From Octopus bimaculoides (lineage: Eukaryota), in contig NC_068982.1 in assembly GCF_001194135.2 (NCBI RefSeq), positions 101,631,119 to 101,675,553 of the forward strand: a stretch of DNA of 44,435 nucleotides, read 5' to 3'. Made by a program: the position numbers and the translations under genes. Of this stretch, positions 23,831-35,766 are shown piece by piece. Below the pieces are notes generated by a model, which was not told the DNA's origin, did not search any database, and was given only the letters and a program-made list of their open reading frames with translations. Every line of letters starts with the position of its first letter. Position 1 is the stretch's first letter.

Positions 23831-25554
23831 TGTTTGTTTGCATGAATGTTTTTGATAAGGTATACATTGGAAGTGTATGTATGTTATACAACGTAAAAGG
23901 AGTACAAACAAATGGTTAATACATAGACAAAGAGAGAGGGAGACAAGAAAGAGATGAAGAAAGAGATATAAAGAGAAGTGTAAGATTAAATTAACTAAGG
24001 AGATAAGAGATTTTCTTTTTTTCTAAAGTAGAAGACGTGTTATCCGTTAGTATGCTGTGGGATTTGTAGAAGGAAAAAATCCATACAGATAACAAAACTG
24101 AATAGTAAGTTTCAAGCTGAAATAGCACGTCACCATCATGGGAATTCTAAGACAAATAGCGGCATGCCCGTTTGTAACATCTTTAGATTCTGTGGTTTAT
24201 GCAATTAGTAATAAAAGGGGTGAATGAGATTAAAAGTAGTCGAAGCCATTACCAGCGTGTTGCAAACAATTTCATGTCTAGGAATCTTTCTTAAATAATA
24301 TATTCCAAAAATTTTCCTTGTTGCATCTCTTTTAATTGCAATCAGATCAAAACACAAATTTCGGCTCCTGCACGAATTATTCTCTTAATGATTCTAACCA
24401 ATAGCCTTATGAACATGATGGGATAAATCTTATATAAATATATACTTTAGTTATGTCTCCGGCCATTTAAAATATATTTAATATATTCTAAATAATTATC
24501 CTCACAACTGTGTTACATATTCTTAGTCATGTGAGAATATGTGGCACATGGTTGTGCTACACTAATTGTAGCTACATGGTTGTGCTACACGCTGATATTC
24601 TCATCCATTGCCATCCATTTTGGTAATGCATTCTCCAATCATCGGACATAACGATTAAACAATACTCATTAGATGTCTGCAAACATATACATGAGTTCGT
24701 TTCATGTGAAACTCAACTGAAGTGTTAGACCTTCAACGTGTCAAATCATTTGAACAGACCAAAAAAATGTTATAGGGAAGGAGTATAACCAATAGATTAA
24801 GCTCATTACATTGCGAGTAATTGTGGCCCAGGGGGAAATTAAAAGTAATGTCAACGCAACAGTCTTTGAAATTGGAGCACAAAAGAAGGGATGTTAAATA
24901 ATATAATGCATAGTTTTTCCGGCACTACAAAATCCATCTATCCCTCACTCCACAACCGATATGCTTTACAAGTAACATTCTTGCAGATAAGGTCACTACA
25001 TTTGTTGCCTAATTTGATTCCATTTTCATATACATAACAAAACGTCTCCCTAACTCATCTCTTCAGTACTGCCCGCTTCACAATGATGAATGCTTCACTT
25101 ACATGCGTCTACGTTTCAACTCCTTATAATTTACAGTATGGTTTCCGAAGAACCAGATCTATCGAAAGTACGAATTGCTACGTACGCAGCAGAGGCCTTT
25201 ATACTTTCGAGGTCCATGAAGAATACATAAATAAAATTTAAATTCTTTAAAATGTAACTCCTTACAGATCTCTAATGATTTTTCAAGACGAGCTCACATA
25301 TAGCACATTGCTAAAACTGAATCCCAAGCTTACTATATTAGGGTGAAAGAATACCTAAGGCTGTCACTTTTGCCGTTTTATATTAAAGAGCTGTTTTGTA
25401 AATCTGGGACAGTCTCATTACTGCACATGAGCCCAGTTTGTATTGANNNNNNNNNNAATAATAATAATAATAATAATAATAACAACAATAATAATAATAA
25501 TAATAATAACAATCTAGGTTCATTGGCAAAGTCTAATTTCACCATTACTACAAC

Positions 25555-25905
25555 CACCATGGTTGCTCTACTTTTCTTTCTTAACAGACATGTCTAAGGT
25601 TTTTTAAGCCCATCTCATGTATCCAGAGCCATCTGCGAAGCATTACAGGACCATAGGCAAATCAATGCATTGGGCCTTATATAAATTATTTCTCTATAAC
25701 ATTTCTTAGCATGCACAGATCATAATTCGGCCCCTAAACCCATGAGGTCTCTGGGCGACTGTCTTAAGACGAATCGGCATGTATCTGCCTCTTCTCTCCT
25801 TATCTTTTTTTTTTCTCCCACTCATCAGACCATGTACCAAACCTTTTGCAAAATGGTTTGTTCCCAGAACTGTAGAGTTCTGGAACACCCATCCACACTC
25901 GATAT
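25555..25905 (+). pseudogene. CR1/Jockey-like LINE 3' remnant
   Basis: VALLFFLNRH and WFVPRTVEFWNTHPHSI resemble the C-terminal VA.L.LFYRY...FFPRT..LWN.LP motifs. Confidence 0.45.
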
Positions 25906-26484
25906 GTAAGTTGAAGATGATTACCAATTATACCGATCTGATGAGTCTCGTAGGACCAGCATATTTTGTAGGTATTACAAACCTTTATCTAAAATACCTA
26001 ATTCCACAACATTTAAATATTGCTTTATTTCAGCACAAGGCAAATTGAAGTTTTTCCACGAATGTTTTAAATATCAGGTAGCTAACATCTCCTTTTAATT
26101 CCCTCTATAAACTCCTAGTGCACAGAGGCAGTAATGTAGTTGCGAGTATGATCTATGTCCCTTTGAGATGGTAACTAATGTTTTCAAGATGATATCAAAA
26201 CTATTTTCGACAATAGGCATTTTGAACTAACTTTCAGAATTTAGTGCCTGACTCAGCGTGACAATACAATGGCTTTTCCGAATAATAATAAATCACAATA
26301 TGTAGACCAAATAATTCAACATTTTATTCCCTTAGATACTTCACGATTAAAGAGATAATATAAACACTCAAATTTTTCTTCAGTTCATCAACATCATAAA
26401 CAAATATGTATGCTTGGAATAGTTTTGAATCCATTCACTATAATCATATTCATGAAAAAGAAACAGACGTAATATGCATATGTG

Positions 26485-26528
<44 letters not shown>

Positions 26529-26599
26529 CGCGCGCATGTGCGTTTGTGTGTGCGCGCGTGTGTATTCATTTTTGTGTATATCTTTTTCTTTTATTCTTC

Positions 26600-26760
26600 T
26601 ATTTGTTTCAGTCATTTGCCTGCGGCCATGCTGGAGCACCGCCTTTAGTCGAGCAAATCGACCCCAGGGCTTATTCTTTGATAGCCCAGTACTTATTCTA
26701 TTGGTCTCTTTTGCCGGATCGCTAAGTTACGGAGGAGTGAACACGCCACGTTATTGTGTG
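26600..26760 (-). mobile_element. SINE-A 3' part
   Basis: GTTTCAGTCATTTGCCTGCGGCCATGCTGGAGCACCGCCTTTAGTCGAGC...CGCTAAGTTACGG. Confidence 0.85.
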
Positions 26761-27769
26761 TATATAAATGGACTACCTGGTGCTTATTATAAGTCTGAAA
26801 ATTGTTCTATGGGTGTCATATTACTGAGCTACGAAATTACCGGGACTACAGAATACATGTATAGAGTTTTAGCCAACACTGCATGTATACACAACTGTAA
26901 ATACCTTGTCTTTATATACAATATCTACGCGGACAGGACAATGATAGATCTGCCGAACTAGTTTCAATCCTTCCGACTGAAGTAAGTTGCATAAATCACA
27001 AAACTACTGGTTCGTTAATAATGTTCTCTTGAAATTTTGCCTCTGTTGATACACAGAATATCTCTATAGATATTTCGACAATACTGCAACAATTTAGCCT
27101 GCCAGAAATCGGTTGTACTCTAAGCTTTTGCGAAGGCAACTAGCTCAAGAGATGGAGAAGCTTACACATGTTGTTCACTGAGTTTGTGTCAAGTACACGC
27201 GCGCGCGCGCGCACACACACACACACACACGCACACACATACACACACAAACACACACACAAGCATACACACAGACACACAAATACACACATGTATGTAT
27301 ATACNNNNNNNNNNNNNNNNNNNNNNNNNNNNNNNNNNNNNNNNNNNNNNNNNNNNTAAGAAGTTTGCTTCCCATGGTTCCCAAGCAAACGGTTCCGTGT
27401 TCAATGTTACTGTTATAGCACTTCGGACAAATGTCTTCTACTGTAGACGGAAACTGGAAGAAGCACGTCGTATGTGTGTGTGTATATATATATGTATATA
27501 TATATATATATCCAATAATAGGATGAATTCTTTTATAAGAATTTATCAAGTAGTTAGCGTGAAAACAACCTCATAAGGGAAAAATCCATCATTTATTCCC
27601 CAAAATATATTTTTTTATATGCGGGCATTACTATACATGAATGCCTCACGCTAAGAGGGACTCTANNNNNNNNNNACACACACACACACACACGCACACA
27701 CATACACACACAAACACACACACAAGCATACACACAGACACACAAATACACACATGTATGTATATACAC

Positions 27770-27950
27770 ACATAGGCGAGGACTGTGTGGTAAGAAGTTT
27801 GCTTCCCATGGTTCCCAAGCAAACGGTTCCGTGTTCAATGTTACTGTTATAGCACTTCGGACAAATGTCTTCTACTGTAGACGGAAACTGGAAGAAGCAC
27901 GTCGTATGTGTGTGTGTATATATATATGTATATATATATATATATCCAAT
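27770..27950 (+). mobile_element. SINE-A head/5' part (duplicated at ~27355-27510 next to gaps)
   Basis: AGGCGAGGACTGTGTGGTAAGAAGTTTGCTTCCC...GTAGACGGAAACTGGAAGAAGCACGTCG. Confidence 0.75.
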
Positions 27951-28249
27951 AATAGGATGAATTCTTTTATAAGAATTNNNNNNNNNNNNNNNNNNNNNNN
28001 NNNNNNNNNNNNNNNNNNNNNNNNNNNNNNNNNNNNNNNNNNNNNNNNNNNNNNNNNNNNNNNNNNNNNNNNNNNNNNNNNNNNNNNNNNNNNNNNNNNN
28101 NNNNNNNNNNNNNNNNNNNNNNNNNNNNNNNNNNNNNNNNNNNNNNNNNNNNNGGTGCGTAAGGTATTTGAGGACATACCTTTTGGAGTGGGGTCATTGC
28201 TGCATTTTTTGCTTACTCTGTATAATCTTTGTATCAGAAAATATTAATG

Positions 28250-29430
28250 CCAGACCTTCAGCTTACTCAAGAAATGAAGAGACATGTTATTATTGTTGTT
28301 ATAAAGGCTGAGCATAACGATTTAGAAATATCTCGATCTTTAAATGTTGCCAGATCTTTCGTCTACAAAGTGTATAAGGAGGTAGAAACTGAAGATGGAA
28401 ACTTATCACCAGTATCAAAACATAAAAAGCATTCTAAACATTCTGATATCATCAGAACACCTGAATTTATTCAGCAAGTTCGACAGACCATTCATTACAA
28501 TCCCAGAAAATTCATGATGTCAATGGCAAAAGATCTCCACGTGTCAGAAGAAGCAGTTATCCACGAGAACATCAGATATAAGTCTTATATGATGAGGACA
28601 GGTCAATTTGTCAGAAAAAGCAAAAGAAAATCACATCAGATCTAAAAGGCTCTTAAACAAACTGAAAAATCCTGCAGACCCTTCTGAATTTCGAAGTGTT
28701 ATGTATACAAAATTTCCTACAACTGTCATGGTTTTAGGGCTTGTCAGCAATGAAGATCATGTGATGCCTCCTTACTTCTTTCCAAAAGGCTTAAAGTTAT
28801 CTCTACCGCCTACATTGAGGTCCTGGGAATAATTGTTAAGTCCTGGATAGACAGTGTATGTAATGGAAGGCCATATATGCTTCAGTAAGACTCTGCACTA
28901 TCACACATGGCTCTAGTAACATAGGAATGGATGGGTGAAAATTTTCATGATCACATAACCCCTAACATTTGGCCTCCTAATTGCCTAGATCTTAGTCCGT
29001 TGGACAATTTATATGTGGAGCGTAGTTGAGAGAGATAGGTCAATGATCACGCCCATAACACAGAAGATTCTTTGAAAGCTACCGTATTCAGAGTAATGTC
29101 CAAAAAGAACCAGTACCAATTGATTCGGGCATGTAGATGATTTAGATCTCATAGAGAAACAGTTGTTGAAGCTGAAGGCGGCGAGCTGGCAGAAACCTTA
29201 CCACGCCGGGCGAAATGCTTAGCGGTATTTCGCCTGTCTTTACGTTCTGAGTTTAAATTCCGCCAAGGTCGACTTTGCCTTTCATCCTTTCGGGTTCGAT
29301 AAATTAAGTGCCAGTTACGCACTGGGGTCGATGTAATCGACTTAATTCCTTTGTCTGTCCTTGTTTGTCCCTTCTATGTTTAGCCCCTTGTGGGCAATAA
29401 AGTATTCAGAAGGAGGCTTTATTGAAAAAC
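28250..29430 (+). pseudogene. IS630-Tc1-mariner DD37D (maT) transposase pseudogene
   Basis: HTH-like N-terminus (ORF 28229-28645), TVMVLG.VS..G.VMPP.FFP, and Q*DSALSH...IWPPNCLDLSPLD with 37 residues between the 2nd and 3rd D. C-terminus VEAEGGFIE is split by a SINE. TIRs not recognised. Confidence 0.85.
29177..29408 (+). mobile_element. SINE-B subfamily copy carrying the E-family (LINE-like) 3' tail, inserted in the transposase
   Basis: Full head, tail TGTCCCTTCTATGTTTAGCCCCTTGTGGGCAATAA, flanked by GAAGGCGGC (29174-29182) / GAAGGAGGC (29409-29417). Confidence 0.9.
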
Positions 29431-29444
29431 ATTATAGAAAATAA

Positions 29445-29632
29445 GGTTTGCAATCGCCCCGAACACCGAACCGAGAACTCGTTCAGCTGACCACTGATGA
29501 TTTAGCAGATCTCTAATGTGCTATCCCGGAATCAAACGAACGAGCTGGCAATGCTGAAGATGGCTGCAATAGCCGAAACTGACAGGTCAGCCTAAGCAAT
29601 TATCGGTTCTGTATTCGGGGCGATTGTAACCC
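29445..29632. mobile_element. ~190-bp element with ~30-bp terminal inverted repeats and an internal hammerhead-like core
   Basis: GGTTTGCAATCGCCCCGAACACCGAACCGA vs reverse complement of the right end GGGTTACAATCGCCCCGAATACAGAACCGA. CTGAAGA-T-GGCT[gcaat]AGCC-GAAAC at 29554-29579. Confidence 0.7.
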
Positions 29633-29834
29633 CTATCAGAGTATACGTTGTATGCTTTGTAACATCATTTTAGTTTCTATTTCAATCAATGTGGGGGTTA
29701 TTCACACCCTTAGTCAAGTTTAGTTCATGACTATAACTTTACCTCACGATAAAACGTTGCAAATGTTATATATATATGTATGTATATATATATATATATG
29801 TGTGTGTGTATGTATATATATATATATATTCTCT

Positions 29835-29978
29835 TATTCTTTTCTTTTACTTGTATCAGTCATTTGACCGAGGCCATGCTGGAGCACCACCTAGTACTTA
29901 TTCTATCGGTCCCTTTCGCCGAACCGCTAAGTTACGAAGACATAAATGCACCAGCATCGGTTGTCAAGCGATGTTGAG

Positions 29979-30022
<44 letters not shown>

Positions 30023-30185
30023 ACGGGCTTCTTTCAGTTTCCGTCTATCAAATCCACTCACAAGGCTTTGGTCGGCCTGAAGCTATAGTAGAAGACACTT
30101 ACACAAGGTGGCAAGCAGTGGGACTGAACCCGGAACCATGTGGTTGGGAAGCAAGCTACTTACCACACAGCCACACCTGCGGCTA
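29835..30185 (-). mobile_element. SINE-A, near full length
   Basis: Tail, internal (CA)n, body and complete head ending ...CCACACAGCCACACCTGCG. Confidence 0.9.
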
Positions 30186-30189
30186 TATA

Positions 30190-30228
<39 letters not shown>

Positions 30229-30232
30229 ATAC

Positions 30233-30488
30233 AAGAGTTAAGAAGTTGAGTAGATAATATGCAGGCTACATATGTTTCACATCGAGTAGAACCTCGGAAG
30301 TGGTAAATATCGAAGCGAGGTGTATACCGCAGGCTACTCGTCAGACCAAGGGTATCTTGATTAAAGTTTACATTGTCTTTAGGGAGGTACACGTTAAACA
30401 CACGGACGATTCGATAAATTTCTGATCAAGTTCCACTCGCTATGAAACATATGTAGCCGGATATTATCTATTCAATTCCTGGACTCTT
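30233..30488. mobile_element. MITE-like element with ~60-bp imperfect TIRs
   Basis: Perfect GGCTACATATGTTTCA (30264-30279) / TGAAACATATGTAGCC (30443-30458), extended by TAGATAATAT / ATATTATCTA and AAGAGT / ACTCTT. Confidence 0.75.
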
Positions 30489-30744
30489 ATTTTATTCGCA
30501 TACCTGCCAACCCTGACAGCCTACTGTTGAAATATAAAACAATTCTTTTCAGCTTATACTTCGATACAGAAAAAATCCACAGCCTTCCGCCTCAATAAAC
30601 CACTATTGTTCCTGAAAATTGTTTTTTATATTTTCTATGGTTTGCTTGAAGCTAACCTACTTCTTATACCTCGATCTTTAGATCTCCCATTTACACACAC
30701 ACACACACACACATACACACACACACACACATATATATACTCAT

Positions 30745-31078
30745 TTACTTGTTTCAGTCATTTGACTTCGGCCATGCTGGAGCACCGCCTTTAGTCGAGC
30801 AAATCGACCCCCAGGACTTATGCTTTGGAAGCCTAGTACTTATTCTCTCGGTCTCTTTTGCCGAACCGCTAAGTTACGGGGACGTAAACACACCAGCATC
30901 GGTGGTCAAGCGAATTTGGGGAGACAAATACAGGCACACAAACATATGCACACACAAACATATGCACACACATACATATATATATGTATACACATATACG
31001 ACGGGCTTCTTTCGGTTTCCGCCAACCAAATCCACTCACAAGTCTTTGGTCGGCCCGAGGCTATAGTAGAAGACACGT
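30745..31078 (-). mobile_element. SINE-A, 5'-truncated
   Basis: Tail through ...GAGGCTATAGTAGAAGACAC. Confidence 0.9.
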
Positions 31079-32092
31079 GAGAAGTTGTACAATCTGGAAG
31101 TTGTGGTGTTCATTTCTTGCTTATAGTGATTTGACTTAAAAGTTGACTCATATTCACTAAGCATCGCATATTTCATTATACTGCATCAAAGAGTTACGTT
31201 ATTAGTTATTCTGCATATCACAATTGTATGTGCGGACGTCTACCGTATATTAACAACGATAAACGTACATGTGTGCGTATATGTGTGTGCGAATGAATAT
31301 CTGCGCCAATGGAATCCTATGTGACTGGCTGTGTAACAAATGTTATTAGAATATTGTATCGTGCGAGACGTGTGAGGCAACAAGGCTTGGTACTTGGTAC
31401 TATCTAAGTGAAGCGAAAAAGAAGGGTAGATAATTGGTAATGTGTCACGGCGGTTACAGACTCGGCAAAATGACAGACAATTCGCTGGGATTAATAATAT
31501 ATTTGATTTCTTGCTTCAACGACGGGGAAAATGAATTCATGTACATTATCTGCTTCCCACCTTCCGTTGTCATCTCTCTCTCTATCTATATATCTGCCTG
31601 TCTGGTTTTCTCTGTTTATCAGTCTCTTTCTCTCTCTTTCTCTCTCGTTCGTTTGCAATCCTTCTATACCGCTCATCGAGGTAGCAAGTATTCCAGACAG
31701 TTCTCAACTCTTGAGACTCAAAAGAAGATTAAAAGAATTGATATGTCATGGGTGGCGTTCTCCCGTCCTGAAGAACATGCAACGAAAACCAATAATTTAA
31801 GGGTTTGAAAATAGACAAAATAAAAAAACAAATAAAAAAAGAAATAAATGAAAATCACGCAAAAGAAAAACATCAACTAAAACCACAAAAAAGATAAATA
31901 AATCAAAATCGAAAGACGGCACGACAGATATTCACTCAAATGATGTGTGGTATGTGTGTGTGTGTGTGTGTATAAACATATACATAAAGACACACACACG
32001 TGCAAATATATATATAGATAGATATGTGTGTGTGTGTATGTATGTATATATATACACAGACAGACAGATAGACATGCATATACATATTTTTC

Positions 32093-32170
<78 letters not shown>

Positions 32171-32939
32171 NNNNNNNNNNNNNNNNNNNNNNNNNNNNNN
32201 NNNNNNNNNNNNNNNNNNNNNNNNNNNNNNNNNNNNNNNNNNNNNNNNNNNNNNNNNNNNNNNNNNNNNNNNNNNNNNNNNNNNNNNNNNNNNNNNNNNN
32301 NNNNNNNNNNNNNNNNNNNNNNNNNNNNNNNNNNNNNNNNNNNNNNNNNNNNNNNNNNNNNNNNNNNNNNNNNNNNNNNNNNNNNNNNNNNNNNNNNNNN
32401 NNNNNNNNNNNNNNNNNNNNNNNNNNNNNNNNNNNNNNNNNNNNNNNNNNNNNNNTATATATATATATATATATAGGGGTAGTGCTATTAAGTTAGTCAT
32501 GGCGTGGCCCAATTCAGACGGAAACTTGTCTGAGTATAATGTATGTTCGCGCTCGTGTCCGTGTGTGCGCGCGCGTGCTTATACGATCTGTATAGGTAGG
32601 AAAATAGACATGTATATATTTAAATGTGCGTGTATAAGCTTCAATATATTTCTTATATTGTATAGAACACATACGCAAGCGCACTCACGGGCAGGCAAGT
32701 AGTCACACCCACACAGCCATCAGCAGCACCAACATGAGCCTCAACACAGATATAGTGTGTAGGACATCATATAAGAACGTAGGAAAGTGTGAAAAGGCGG
32801 GAAGTGGGTGATAAAAGTTTCGCAACGTTGCCGTCAGAGCGGTTTCTTCGTGAGACTACCATCAGATCTGTTTGTACCATCTCTCCTATCCTTTCAAACA
32901 TATCGCATTCTCATCATCTTCGCTCCTCCTTTTTTTTTA

Positions 32940-33246
32940 CTTCTCTCTGCTTCTACTTCTTCACCAGTACCACTACTACTACCACCCTCGTCGTTGTCAT
33001 CATAATCGTCGTTGTCATCATAATCGTCGTCGTCGGCTTTTTCGTTCTTACGTCTGTTTTGTATATGTCTTATTTCTTTCTTATTTCTTCGTAATTCCCC
33101 TTCTCTTTCTTCTTCTTCTTCTTCTTCTTCTTCTTCTTCTTCTTCTTCTTCTTCAATTTATTAACATCCTCCTTCTGCGTGTCTCCTTTGCATATTCCGC
33201 CGTCAGCACTACTACTACTACCACCACTACCACTACTACTACTACT

Positions 33247-33293
<47 letters not shown>

Positions 33294-33400
33294 CACAATC
33301 TCTAATAACCCCATCACCAGTAATTCTACCGAATCACTACCACAACATCAACATTGCCATCATCATCGCGAATGCTATTACTTCGACCACCAGTAGCAAT
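32940..33400. repeat. Compound trinucleotide cluster (ACT/ACC, GTC/ATC, CTT, ACT)
   Basis: Direct inspection; explains the poly-L/poly-T ORFs. Confidence 0.9.
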
Positions 33401-33479
33401 AACGATTATAAGAAGAGCATAACTTTTATTCATTAATCAAATAAACAGTCTAATGATAGGGACAATATTAACATTCATT

Positions 33480-33909
33480 AAGGTGGCGAGCTGGCAGAAA
33501 CGTTAGCACGCCGGGCGAAATGCTTAGCGGTATTTCGTCTGTCTTTACCTTCTGAGTTCAAGTTCCGCCGTGGTCGACTTTGCCTTTCATCCTTTCGGGG
33601 TCGATAAATTAAGTACCAGTTACGCACTGGGGTCGATGTAATCAACTTAGTTCCTTTGTCTGTCCTTGTTTGTCCCCTCTATGTTTAGCCCCTTGTGGGC
33701 AATAATGAAATACGAAACGTTAGCACGCCGGGCGAAATGCTTAGCAGTATTTCGTTTGTCTTTATGTTCTGAGTTCAAATTCCGCCGTGGTCGACTTTGC
33801 CTTCTATCCTTTCGGAGTCGATAAATTAAGTACCAGTTGCATACTGGGTCGATCTAATCGACTGACCCCCTCCCCCAAAATTTCGGGCCTTGTGCCTAGA
33901 GTAGAAAAG
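33480..33909 (+). mobile_element. Nested SINE-B: LINE-tailed copy inside the head of an older SINE-B
   Basis: One outer TSD pair AATATTAACATTCATT (33464-33479) / AATACTAACATTCATT (33910-33925). The inner copy ends ...CAATAATGAAATAC and the host resumes at GAAACGTTAGC (33714). Confidence 0.8.
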
Positions 33910-34039
33910 AATACTAACATTCATTGCCCCGAAACAAATAAATAATTAAAAAGTAATGATAAATTTTAATTGGAGTGCAAAGTAAGTAGTTCTGAAGGGA
34001 TTCTTTAACAGATGAAATTAACATCAGTACTAGGTTGGT

Positions 34040-35766
34040 TGTTTACTTTATAAACGCTGGAAGTATGAAAGGATCTCAGCGAGATTTGAACTCAGAACGT
34101 AAAGAACCGGACCAAATAAACGTAATCATTTTAACCGAAGTTCTAATGTCACAGCTAAATGGTCATTCTGCTGCCACCAGTAATGATTTCAAACTTTGGC
34201 ACACGGCCAATAATTTCGGACGAGGAGGTGAAGGGGATAAGTCGATTATGTTGACACCAGTGCTCAACTAGTATTTATTTTACCGACCCAAAAAGGATGA
34301 AAAACAAGATCGATCTCGACGGCCTTTGAATTAGAACTTAAAAGCGGACGTAATCCGGCAAGCATCTTGCTTGCCGCCTTACGGATGCTAATAATAATAA
34401 TTTTCTAATGTAAGCACGAGGCCAGAAAATTGATCGTAGGTTACATCTCCCCAGTGCTTGACAAGTCAAGTACTTCGTTTTAGCGACTCCGAAAGGATGA
34501 AATGCATAGCTAACCTAAGTGGGATTTGAACTCCGAATATAAAGAGCTGTGATTAAATACTGCATTGTATTCTGAATTCAAATCTAGCTTTAACGATTCT
34601 TATAATCCCGCAAAAGGCTTAAGATGTTGGGGACGGTAGAAAAGCAAAATACAGTATGAAGCAACAAACAAGAAATTGTGGGTTTATATGAAGTAAAATT
34701 AAACAGTTACAACACATTAATAAACAAATACTTCTTTCTAATTGTAGCACAAGGTCAGCAATTTTAAGGGTTGGGGTTAGTCTACACCATCGATCCCAAT
34801 ACTTGATTCGTAGGTAATTTTATCGATCTCGAAAGGAGGAAAAGCAAAGTTGAGCACGGTAGTATCTAAGATCAGGAGGTGAGAGCTGGAAAAAATGCCA
34901 CGAAGCTTTTAGCTCGACGTGCTAACGATCCTCCAAGCTCACCGTCTTGCATGAAGAGGTAATAATAACAAAGAATAGCAGTACAGAGTTCATTACAAAA
35001 TACCGATAAGAGTCCCTAGACCAAGACAGAGTGACAACCACATTGGGTCGTATGGAGCATCCTACACATAACCCTGAATTTTCTTGATACACCAAGCAAA
35101 GCACACTCTCTCAGACTTTACTATCATCCGGTGATCGTTAGTTATAACACGTTTTCTTTTGTTATATAGATATAAGGCCAAAAATGTTTTGCGGGAACAG
35201 TCGTTTATATTAATCCCAGTATATTCCTAGAACTTTATTTCATCTTCCCCGGAAGGAAGGAAGTCAATGAGAACAACGGCAAGATTTTGAATTCAAAACG
35301 AATTATCGTAAGGAATCGTAACGAATTATTACCTAGTTGTAACTATTCTGCAGATAATAATGAGCTCTCGGATAGACAGAAGCCCAGAAGCAAAAATAGT
35401 CAACTAAGTCGATTCAAGTTTTTGACTGGTATTGTATAATTTATCGGTTCTTAGAAGATGAAAGGAAAAGTTAACCTCAGCGGAATTGAACTCGTATTTT
35501 ATAGGGCCATAACTAAATAACACAAAGTATTTTGATTGATGCTCTTGTGATTCTGTAAATAACAATGATAAAAATAATAATTCATTCTTCTGTAAGCACA
35601 AGGCAAGTAATTTTGAAGGATTACCTTGGCCAGGTGATCAACTGGTACTATATTTTGTCGACTCCGAAAGGATGAAAGACACGTCGACCTCGTCGACATT
35701 TGAACTCAGAACGAAAAGACAGAAGAAACACTGCTTAGCTTTTTGCCCAGCGTGCTAGTGATTCTG
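34040..35766 (-). mobile_element. Cluster of about seven decayed minus-strand SINE-B copies
   Basis: SINE-B motifs near 34050, 34190-34385, 34400-34560, 34730-34945, 35200-35290, 35410-35500 and 35585-35766. Confidence 0.75.

Noticed and set aside
25938-25960. CTGATGAGTCTCGTAGGAC resembling a hammerhead core + stem II
   Set aside because: The required GAAA and stems I/III are absent.
27195-27980. Near-identical ~330-bp duplication ((CA)n + SINE-A head + (TA)n) at 27215-27545 and 27676-27977
   Set aside because: Both copies abut N gaps and are essentially identical; most likely redundant contig ends, not biology.
31640-31810. Exon-like stretch after a (CT)n polypyrimidine tract
   Set aside because: No recognisable protein similarity or convincing splice pair; cannot support a host gene.
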